The notes beneath the pieces are model-generated. The model was not told the DNA's origin. It did no database searches and saw only the letters and a list, made by a program, of their open reading frames with translations. Source: Squalus acanthias (lineage: Eukaryota). Taken from it: a stretch of DNA of 64,000 nt. Below are positions 52,401 through 62,339 of this stretch, piece after piece. Position 1 is the stretch's first letter. Every line of letters starts with the position of its first letter. Location of the stretch: positions 17,362,001 through 17,426,000 of the forward strand of contig CM059433.1 in assembly GCA_030390025.1 (NCBI GenBank). The letters run 5' to 3'. A program made the position numbers and the translations under genes.

Positions 52401-53612
52401 GGACTCAATTCACGTACGGACCGGGGTCAAGCAAGGCTGTGTCATCGCACCAACGCTCTTCTCGATCTTCCTTGCTGCAATGCTCCATCTCACCCTCAGT
52501 AAGCTCCCCGCTGGAGTGGAGCTAATTTACAGAACAAACGGGAAACTGTTCAACCTCCGTCGCCTCCAGCCCAGATCCAAGGTCGTCCCATCCTCTGTCG
52601 TTGAATTACAGTATGCAGACGACGCTTGCGTCTGCGCTCACTCGGAGGTCGAACTCCAAACCATCGTCAACACCTTCACCGAAGCGTACGAGAGCATGGG
52701 CCTTACACTAAACATCCGTAAGACAAAGGTCCTCTACCGACCTGCCCCCGCCACACAGTACTGCCCCCTGATTATCAAAATCCACGACAAGGCCTTGGAC
52801 AATGTGGACCACTTTCCATACCTCGGGAGCCTACTGTCAACAAGGGCAGACGTCAATGTCGAAGTCCAACACCACCTTCAGTGTGCGAGAGCAGCCTTCG
52901 GTCGCCTGAGGAAGAGAGTGTTTGAAAACCAGGACCTCAAACCCGGCACTAAGCTCATGGTCTACAGAGCAGCAGTGATACCCGCCCTGCTGTATGCCTC
53001 AGAGACATGGACCATGTACAGCAGGCACCTCAAAGCACTGGAGAGGTACCACCAACGCTGCCTCCACAAGATCCTGCAAATCCATTGGCAGGATAGGCGC
53101 ACCAACGTCAGTGTTCTCGCTCAGGCCAACATCCCCAGCATCGAAGCTTTGACCACGCTCGATCAGCTCCGATGGACGGGTCACATCGTCCGCATGCCCG
53201 ATATGAGACTCCCAAAACAAGCGCTCTGCTCGGAGCTCCGACACGGCAAGAGAGCCCCAGGTGGGCAGAGGAAACGCTTCAAGGACACCCTCAAAGCCTC
53301 CTTGAAAAAGTGCAACATCCCCACTGACACCTTGGAATCCCTGGCCCAAGACCGCACGAAGTGGAGGAGAGGCGTCCGGGAAGGCGTCGAACACCTCGAG
53401 TCTCTTCGCTGGGAGCAAGCGGAAGCCAAGCGCAGGCAGCGCACGTCAACCCAAGCACCCCACCCACCCGCCCCTTCAACCACTGTCTGCCCCACCTGTG
53501 ACAGAGACTATAGGTCCTGCATTGGACTCATCAGTCACCTGAGAACTCATTTTTAGCGTGGAAGCAAGTCATCCTCGGTTCCGAGGGACTGCCTAAGAAG
53601 AAGAAGAAGAAG
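52401..53612 (+). mobile_element. RTE-clade LINE, 5'-truncated second copy with (AAG)n tail
   Basis: Uninterrupted 385-aa frame 52399-53556 (TGVKQGCVIAPTLF, LQYADD, C-terminal finger with one Cys changed to Tyr); highly similar to 15710-16890. Confidence 0.95.
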
Positions 53613-54399
53613 GACAAATTATCCAGTCCTTTTTCTGCCATTCTCATCCATGACTTGGAACAGAAGGAAGAAGTATGCTTACAAGTGGAATTGCTTTCTT
53701 TTATGAGAAATTAAGTTCCATTGAAAAGAATGGTTCAAAGTCAGTGCACAGAAGAGTCTTGCTGACATCGATATTGTTCTGAATGACTAACCTGGATGAA
53801 CAGTAACAGTAAGCTTTGGATCCCAGTTTCAAGATCATTCATCCATTTTTGAATTATACAGTCCAATTATTGAGTGAGCTCTAGAGAATTTCTAAAAGGT
53901 AAGCCAGTAAACAGAAGTAGAGTTTTCAAAGCACTGCGGGCAACTGAATTGATTTTGTCCTGAGACTTCTAATTTTCCCTGTTTGGATCTTACCTGAAAT
54001 GAAGATCCAAAATCTCATAATATTTGGAAGTACGTATAGCTGGAGGAGATATACGGCCTTTAAAAGGTCTGAGCACACCTTCTTCTTCCTCTGTGCACAT
54101 TGACTTCAGCTGTGCGGCGTGCAGTGAGCAGCATGTGTAACCTTTTAGATCTTGGGCGCATTCAACTCTCTTTCTTCACCCCTCTCCCCATTCCTGTGCT
54201 GTGTTTGGATTTGGACTAAGCGAAAGATGCAGTTCTAGAAACACTAACAAGTTACAGTATTTCCTTTGTAACTCATTTTTGATTTCTATTTTTATAATCA
54301 GTTTTGTTTTTCATTAAATTTTCCTGAGCTACACCTGCTACTTCGCTCAGCAAAAGAGTGGGCAAGTGACCTGCTCCCTCACCCCTGTAAGTGCTTCTC

Positions 54400-54836
54400 T
54401 GTATTTATATCGCACCTTTCACGACCACCGGACGTCTCAAAGCGTTTTACAGCCAATGAAGTACTTTTGGAGTGTAGTCACTGTTGTAATGTGGGAAACG
54501 CAATTGCGCACAGCAAGCTCCCACAAACAGCAATGTGATAATGACCAGATAATTTGTTTTTGTTATGTTGATAGAGGGATAAATATTGGCCAGGACACCG
54601 GGGATAACTCCCCTGCTCTTCTCCAAAATAGTGCCCTGGGGATCTTTTACGTCCACCCGGGAGAGCAGACGGGGCCTCGGTTTAACGTCTCATCCGAAAG
54701 ACGGCACCTCTGACAGTGCAGCACTCCCTCAGCATTGCACTGCCGCCTCGATTTTTGTGCTCAAGTCCCTGGAGTGGGACTTGAACCCACAACCTTCTGA
54801 CGCAGAGGCGAGTGTGCTACCCACTGAGCCACAGCT
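54400..54836 (-). mobile_element. SacSINE1-like Deu-domain SINE
   Basis: Colinear with 40856-41292; A box TGGCTCAGTGG and B box GGTTCAAGTCC on the minus strand. Confidence 0.88.
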
Positions 54837-55067
54837 GTAGTTGGTGCTTGAGGGTGAATGAGTGTGGTGTAGGCAACTTGTCCTTAATTTTCCCCTCCCT
54901 CCATTGCTCAGTACCATCACTGGTCAGCATGTCAAGATCAGGTACTCTGCAGGTGGAAAGTGATGGGTGTAAACTAGGTCCTTTTGCTCCGCAATATAAT
55001 GCATGTTGCTCGAACATGCCACCTTAGCTGGATTTAACCTTAGTTTTGTAGCATGTATATAACTGAA

Positions 55068-55458
55068 ATAAGAACATCAGAACATAAGAAATAGGAGCAG
55101 CAGTAGGCCATTTGGCCCTTCAAGCCTACTCCGCCATTCAATAAGATCATGGCAGATCTTCTACTTCATCTCCACTTTCCTGAACTATCCCCATATCCCT
55201 TGATTCCCTTAATATTCAAAAATCTATCGCTCTCTGTCTTGAATATACTCAACGACTGAGCCTCCAGAGCCCTCTTGGGTAGAGAATTGCAAAGATTCAC
55301 CACCCTCTGAGTGAAGAAATTTCTCCTCATCTCAGTCCTAAATGGCCGGCCCCTTATTCTGAGACTGTGACCCCTGGTTCTAGACTCCCCAGCCAGGGGA
55401 AACATCCTCCCTGCATCTACTCTGTCAAGCCCTGTAAGAATTTTGTATGTTTCAATGA
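55068..55458 (-). mobile_element. CR1 3' fragment
   Basis: ORF 55166-55405 is nearly identical to the C-terminus of ORF 21640-22374. Confidence 0.9.
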
Positions 55459-56496
55459 TGTTTCAATGAAATGATAAACTTCACATCAGAGATCTCACAT
55501 TTCAAGGTAATAGAACACTCAAGTGGGCCCTAAAGTGTGGCATTATTTGACATGATTCCACAATCGACATAATACTGAGCCTGTTCAAGCTATTTCTGCA
55601 CATATGGCCTGTTGTATGAAAGCGGCGAATACACATTGTTTTTAGCAAGAGGTAGCCAGTAAGTTTGAATGTCTATTTTAGTTAAAATTGACACAAAATT
55701 TCTGAGCTGAAATGTTGGCCCCATGATTCCCCACCAATTCAGGCTTAGGTGACTCAGGAATTTAATATAACTCCTTTTAGGAGTTGTCAAGAGGATGTCA
55801 TGTCACCTCTGAAATTAGGTTAACGGCAGCCCACACGGCCTAATAATGAATATTAAAGTCAATATTCATAACGATCTTCAACAAAAGTAATTCTGAAAGT
55901 ATTCTGTTGGAGAAAAATTGCAAATTTTGTCTGTGTAAACTTGTATGTCTTATTACTGGAGGGTTAAAACTAGTCACACAGGTTTAAGACAAACACAGAA
56001 ACTGGTGGAAATACTCAACAGGTCAGTCAGCATCTGTACAGAGAACAGACTATTACCGCTAGTTTAGAGCTTGAATTTCAGTCTGATGGAATGTATATTC
56101 AGCCCGCTTTTTGGGGAAAGCATGTGAGAAATTCCAGTAGATGGTGTCCAAGGTGAGGGTTCTCTGTTGTGATCCTTGGGCTTTGCTATTCTTTATCTGC
56201 CTATTGGGCAGGATTGTCAGGATGTCAGTCCAGATTGTAGGGGATGCGAGGTTTACTTATCAGTAACACTGAACCAGAGATTGGTTGGTGACACTGGACC
56301 TGAGAAAATATCATGTGTAAAAAAAACAAACCCCAAATTGTGACATAAATAAAATGATCTGGGGGAGCACAATCTTTCGCTTTGTAAAGTGAGCCTAACT
56401 ACTAGGGTAAAAGATGCTGATAAGTTATTCAGTTAATTTTCTCGGAAGTAAAAAGCACATAATGGCTCGGCTGGTTGATGAAAAAGAAAGTCGGGT

Positions 56497-56558
56497 TGTG
56501 AAGGAATAAGCCATATAACTTATTCAGAAAAATACACTATCTTATGAAAGAATTCTGG
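56497..56558 (+). repeat. 62-bp inverted copy of the LTR U3 terminus
   Basis: 60/62 identical to the reverse complement of 58295-58356. Confidence 0.95.
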
Positions 56559-56958
56559 TCATTTATTTCGTCATGAGCTTGCCACCTTAACCAGAATCCA
56601 TGGCCCCCAGGAATATAGGCTGCTCCGGGTCCTACTATTCGGCCATGGTTGCCACCATCTTGTTGGGCACCGTTCATTAGGCCTCCCAGTTGTGCAGGTG
56701 TGCACTTTATCATGAAGGAATTTAGTGGGATTGGAGTATTGGCTTGATTATCTCACTGGATATTCTGTATCCCCTGGCTCTGGGGAGCAACAGCAATCAT
56801 GCCATGAGTTCTAACGGCTCTATCGGCATCAAAGCCTTTTATTTCAAAAATTATCACTTGGTTTTGTGGAGGTACAGGGATAGGATTATTTCCCCGAATA
56901 AAGCAATTGTTTGAATTTCCTAATAAAAAGACTTGGCCAATTCCGACAGGTTTGCCAT
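56559..56958 (-). pseudogene. gag: Spumavirus-like Gag N-terminal domain (one frameshift, one stop, truncated)
   Basis: Manual translation from the ATG at 56958, with a 1-nt repair at codon 3-4: MANPVGIGQVFLLGNSNNCFIRGNNPIPVPPQNQVIIFEIKGFDADRAVRTHGMIAVAPQSQGIQNIQ*DNQANTPIPLNSFMIKCTPAQLGGLMNGAQQDGGNHGRIVGPGAAYIPGGHGFWLRWQAHDEIND. By eye it aligns with prototype foamy virus Gag as recalled. Confidence 0.72.
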
Positions 56959-57197
56959 TTCGTCAGGACCTAACCTCGGTTAGGATTTAATATGAACTTT
57001 ATAAGAAATTTCTAGACCTCAATTGAGGGAGTTCTGATTTAAGTTCTACAAGGCCTGATCAGGGACTTGTCTCTCGAGACTTAAATCTGGGTCTTAGTAC
57101 CACTGTCAGTAAAACACTCCTTCTATACTTAACAATCTACGAGATGGATATAGATATAAATATAAGTACTGTATAGGGTTCTGTATCAACTTGTTAA

Positions 57198-57215
57198 CGT
57201 ACACGTTGGTCGCCA
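57198..57215 (-). promoter_or_regulatory. Primer binding site, tRNA-Lys1,2-like
   Basis: TGGCGACCAACGTG versus the canonical TGGCGCCCAACGTGGGGC: 13 of the first 14 nt match; the last 4 nt differ. Confidence 0.75.
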
Positions 57216-57217
57216 AC

Positions 57218-58356
57218 TGAAGGGATTTTTACTAGTCCTAGCCCCTTTAGGGCTACCCCGGATCAGGCGTATTTCTCAGACGTTCACTTTCAACTAAAGT
57301 TTGAGGTAGCCAAATCCTAAAGACGCTTAATTGGGTCTAAAGGTCCGGACTATCTCTCCCTAAAGGAAAGGAACAACCCAAGAATGTTACCATCCTCCAG
57401 ATAGCACTTTTAATAAGTTTAGCGAGACTGTAACGTCCTGGATATTATGAGGGTCCGGTAAACTCCCTCAGAATTCTGCAACACTTCACCAAAGAGTATA
57501 CAGAGATTGAGTTCATGAGTTTTTGATACAGAAGACTTATGCGAGACAATTCTAAAAATATATAGAGTTTTATTAAAGAACCGACATGCAATTTACAGTT
57601 GGTGAATCAGTCAATCGCAACATTAACAGTTCTAAAAAGAGAAAACATACTATCTTTTTAACAGAGAATCTTACTTTTAAATCTTAACTTTGCTACAGTA
57701 TTACAGTTCTTAAAGTTCTCTTTACAGGCTACCATCAATATCAAATACCTTTGATCCCCGAGGTACAAAGAGTGGTAGACTACAGAGCCGCCTCTGAAGC
57801 CGAGAATTGCTTTGCCCGATTAAAGTGAGTCTGATATCCCATTTGAGAGTTCAATATTTATACCCTTTTCCAGTGGTATTTCCTTTAAGGTTTTCTGCTG
57901 ATGCAAGTTAATTATCTCTATTCATCTTTCTGCTGACCTCTGCAATTCTTACTGCTACATCAGCCAGAATCTTGTCTCATCTCCAAGTGTTCTAGGGTCA
58001 CCATATAGAACAATGTGAAGGGCAGGTGTTCCTTATTTTATGTCATCTTTACGAGGGCAGATATTCCTTATCTTATGTGCCATCTTTACGAAGTTTAATT
58101 AGAACACCTTATCCAGGGTGAACCATTGTTTTGTTCCCAAAAGGTCAGCTTGTCGGAGCCATGCACCTTCTGTTTCAGAAGGTTATTTATTCAGGGTCAA
58201 CAACTGTCTTATCTCAATAGCCAGAATTCTTTCATAGCTATTTCATAGTTAGGTTTCTAAATTTCCAAAACCAGTTTGTCATGTTTTAATAAGGCCAGAA
58301 TTCTTTCATAAGATAGTGTATTTTTCTGAATAGGTCATATGGCTTATTCCTTCACA
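57218..58356 (-). repeat. Retroviral 5' LTR (~1139 bp)
   Basis: Starts TGTGAAGG and ends CCTTCA; tandem ~36-bp U3 repeats at 58019-58091; TATAAATA at 57855-57862; AATAAA at 57569-57574; PBS begins 2 nt after the terminal CA. Confidence 0.8.
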
Positions 58357-58829
58357 GGGTGATATGTAAGTTGTGCTGCTGATCTGCTATCAGCCTGTTT
58401 TGCACTACTGCCGTTGACCAGTTTCACTCCCACTGTGAAATGCAATTCCCCCCAGAATGGATAAAGCGGTGGCTCCTCCAACCCCCTTTGTAAGGGGCGC
58501 ACTTTAAAAATGAGCTAACAGAACAACTCTCAAATCTTTGGGCATCCAGGCCACAATCCTGCCTGGATCCCACGTGGGGCCTTTGCGCGCTGTTTAGTAG
58601 CTTGGTACACCTGGTCTCAGTGCCGCCAGTGGTGCACCCAGCTGGAGCGAGCGACAATGATTCACCACCACTGGCCTTGCAAGGGGCAAGGGGAGATTCC
58701 GCCCCTCATAAGGCCCTGTGAAATCTCAGACACAAGGCTCAGACCAGCGTATTCAAGTCCTGTCTGATTTCCGAACCTTCTGGTGCACTCCCAGTGGTGT
58801 TACGGGGGTGGTGGGGGTAGGGCCATGGA

Positions 58830-59222
58830 TTATCAGCCTCAGCGTGTTTATCCTCATGAATTCCACGTGGCATCTATACTGAACACGTATATAGTGCATT
58901 CTTATTCCTGCGTTGCACTGCTGGAAGTGATGTCCTTTACATATGGCATTAAGCTGAGGCTCCATCTACCTCTTCAGATGAACGTTAAAGATGGAGGGGC
59001 ACAGTTCGAAGAGGAGCCGAGAGTTCACCTAGTGTCCTGATCCATAGTCATCCCTCAACCACCGAAGCTACAACAATTGCATGATTGCTGCTTCTGGGAT
59101 CGCACTAAATAGTTGCTACATTCGCCTAAATAGCAACACTTAAAGGTAATTTGTTGTATGTGAAGTGTTTTGGGATATTTGAAGAGATGCAGTAAGGCAA
59201 TAGATAAATGCAAGATCTGTTT
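58830..59222 (+). mobile_element. Degenerate Deu-domain SINE
   Basis: CTCTTCAGATGAACGTTAAAGAT...TTCGAAGAGGAG...ATCCCTCAACC...AAATGCAAGATCT resembles the 40856 and 54400 copies in the opposite orientation. Confidence 0.65.
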
Positions 59223-59869
59223 TTGAACTGGCAGTTCAGGTGAACTGGAAATGCTTCTAAATGAGTCTTATTTTCCAGGCAGTTTAATTGTTGCTCAGGA
59301 GTGCATAGAAAATATCAAAATATATTGTCAGAAAATACTGTCTAAAGGATACAAGGTTTAAGTAAACTGAAATTGTAACTGGCATTGTATGTCAGGATGT
59401 TATCTCTTGTGAAGGTACAGTAATCCCAGAGTACATCAGCCTGTGATACCAGGAAACAGACAGAGGCTTAATCCAGTATGGAGAGAGAAAAAGCAAAGGG
59501 TGAAAAATAATCCATTGTTTTATAGTGCAAGGATTGGCCATGATTTTTTAAAAATATGGAAATTATATTTGTATGTGTTTCATTTTGTTTTCCTGTTGGC
59601 TTGCTACTGTTCTTGATATTGTAGAGTAGGGTTTTGTGTTAATCTGTTGTGTTCTGCATGACTGTGTGAGATTTATAACCACTGCTTCAATATAAAATTA
59701 GTCCTGTAAGATAATGGTATTTCACTGCTTCAGGGACAACATCTTTGGTTGGGAATGTGATTGAGTATATTGCTGAATTTCTTTTTGCATACCATATATG
59801 TGAATATAGTACTGTACATTGCAAGGAATGACTGCCTTAAATATTATATGCAGCACTATGGTCCACATT

Positions 59870-60650
59870 GGGCTGGAATTTGCGGTCCTGATGATGGCGA
59901 ACTGCCAGCATTTGCTGTCATTTTGCCTCTGAAACTGACCGCAATTTCAGGATTTAGCGCATGTGCAGCTGAAATGCGGAAATCCTGAAGTTGCGGTCTG
60001 TCATTCACTGCTCCTCCCCAGGCAGCGCTGTGCCCCCCCCCCCCACCCCGCACACACACACACACACACAGAGCTGGCAATCAGTGAAATCTTTTAAATC
60101 AGAGAAACTGATGAAAACTTCGGCTCTTCCGCAGTAATTACTGCTGTTAAATTCCCCACTAAAAGTTAGACCCTTTCGGATTAGGTGTAACTGGGGTTGT
60201 AACAGCATATTGACTGTTAAACAGAGGTTATGGCCCTGAAAAACTAATTTGAATTTTATGCAGTGTCAAATTTATCCATTTTAATAAAAATTAAATTTTT
60301 TAAGAAACTTTAAAAAAAATTAATTTTTAAAAAAGTTTGTTCATATTCATTTCAGGTTTACCTTTTCCCCATGTGAGAGCCCCAATCTTTGTTTTTCTCT
60401 CTAACATTTTTAAAAGGTTAGCATTTTAGGAGTTTACCCACTTCCTGGTTTGCTGCCTGTGACAATTCTGCATTTTGATTGGCTGCTTAGACAGCTTGTT
60501 GACATCACAGCAGCTCTTCGCTGGGAATACCCATTAACTTCCGTAGATTTCAACTGTGCATCGGAAAACCCGGAATTCTCAACACAGAGATAGCCAGATC
60601 TTTGTGCGAAGCTTACTTCGGGGCCAGCGGCGAACCGCAAATTCCGGGCC
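59870..60650. mobile_element. Harbinger-type MITE
   Basis: 17-bp TIRs GGGCTGGAATTTGCGGT / ACCGCAAATTCCGGGCC; flanks ATT/AAT; internal 19-bp-arm hairpin at ~59937-59998. Confidence 0.82.
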
Positions 60651-60827
60651 AATATTGGCTTTTTGTTTCGTAAACTGCTTTTTATAATATTCCTCGTTCA
60701 ATACTGCGTATTCTGTAGCTATGGCTAGTCTAAACTGATAACCAATCCAGAACAACGTGATTTCTTCCTTTACAGCAAAGCTACTAACTGATAGACTGGC
60801 AAGTGTACGGATAATAAAGCTTACATT

Positions 60828-61518
60828 GGCCCAGAAATTAGGCTCCCTGGCTTCCCGCGGGTGCAAGGATCCCGCGCGCACCTACCTACCGCGCCTGTCG
60901 TTGACCTCTGGGCCCACGGGGACTTCAGCTCCTGGGCCTCCTGCAGCTGCCGGCGCGCAGTGCTTGTGTATCCCAGGGGCGTAGTTAGTGCGATGACCTG
61001 TCAAATCTATGAATTGAAATCGGCCCCAAAACAACACCTAAACTTCAAATAATTTTTTTTTAAACCATTACATTTTTAAAGTAATTATAAGTTAAATAAA
61101 TTAACTACTTTAAACAAAAATTAAAATTTTTGAAAAAATTAAAATACTTTTTAACAGTGCTAAAAATAAACTTACCTTTCTTTAAAGTATCTAAAAAAGA
61201 TAAACCCGGTGAAAACATTTTTAAATTGTAATTAATTAACCACTTACCTTGTTAAAAACGGGTCCTGCGCCTCCTTTTTAAAAGCGCAGCTTCTTCCATA
61301 CTTACCTTCCCGGAGAAACCTGAAAAAAAAACCTAAGTTTGCTGCGTGCGTGCAGCCTCTCCCGCGCACGCGGTTCACCTTTAACCCCCTCCCTTCACGA
61401 GACCGGAAGTTCCGGTTTCCTGCGCATGCGCAGTGCATGCAGGACACCGGCACTTCAGGAGGCCTTACGGGTGAGTACACAGCGCGTACTCACCCGGCAA
61501 GTGCACAATTTTTGGCCC
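60828..61518. mobile_element. Harbinger-type MITE
   Basis: TIRs GGCCCAGAAATT / AATTTTTGGCCC; flanks ATT/AAT; core shared with the 12028 and 62727 copies. Confidence 0.82.
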
Positions 61519-62339
61519 AATATAAAGTGTATTAAAGGGAAGCAAGTTTAAAGACTGATCTGTAACATGCGTCTTTCTGTAGAAATTCAACTAAAGGAAC
61601 AATCCACCTCTCATAATTATGTATGTGCTACTTAGTCAGTGTGGTATTATACTGCTGATTCCACCAGTCAGAAAACCAGAGGGCTGATTTTCCAGTTTCC
61701 CCTACTCCCATGCTGAACAGTGCACTGCTCCCATCCAGAAAATAGGCCTGGGGACACTCCAGTGGAGACCTGGCCCTTGACAGGCCCAGTGCCAGCAGAA
61801 GGGGCAGGAGAGAGAGGCGCAGACAGCATGCTCTGTAGATTAAGATCGGCAGCGAGAAAGTCACAGATATATCTTAATATCCTCGGGGGTTGTCAGATCT
61901 TTCAAAAAATTGGCCTACCTTTAAGTCTTTGGCCTGCCTTCAGGACCACCATGGGCGCTCTGGTTGGTGGGACAGGATATAAGAGAAATCTTTTCATGTG
62001 ATAGAGAGTCCTTTCAGTTCAGAAAATAAATCCCTAGCCTTGGCCTCCCTTAGAGAAATAGATGCAGCACATGGTTCTTGAAGTTGACTTTGTTTTTTTT
62101 GGAGACATATACTGTAGTTGCATTTTATTAACCTGGTGGCATGCTTCATTTCCTACATTCTTTATAGTAATTGTTGCAGCTGGGCAGTGATTTGGTTACT
62201 TAAGTTACTGACAGCAGTAAGTGAATATTCGGTGTTAAAGGTTCAGCAGCAAGCATTCCAAAATTGTTGTGACCTGACGATGCCAGTCTCAACATGGGAC
62301 TGGTAATAGTTTACTGAGTTGAGAAAATGCAATTGTTTC

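Larger units (their letters stand above)
56497..58356 (-). mobile_element. Endogenous foamy-virus-like proviral fragment (LTR, PBS, leader, 5' gag) capped by an inverted U3 end
   Basis: TGT...ACA termini; TSD GGGT at 56493-56496 and 58357-58360; 62-bp inverted termini; internal LTR signals, Lys1,2-like PBS and a Gag-like frame in canonical order. Confidence 0.82.

Noticed and set aside
52399..53556. 385-aa ORF as a functional or domesticated RT
   Set aside because: It is a 5'-truncated RTE copy lacking the endonuclease and N-terminal RT motifs, starts at a flanking GTG and has a mutated zinc-finger cysteine.
57741..57752. Foamy-type major splice donor in the LTR R region (AAG|GTATTT, minus strand)
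   Set aside because: The position between TATA and the poly(A) signal is plausible, but the match is too weak to call without transcripts.
56497..58356. Ordinary non-autonomous Ginger DNA transposon or simple solo LTR
   Set aside because: The termini and 4-bp TSD fit, but the interior has an LTR end, PBS, leader and Gag-like frame in retroviral order.
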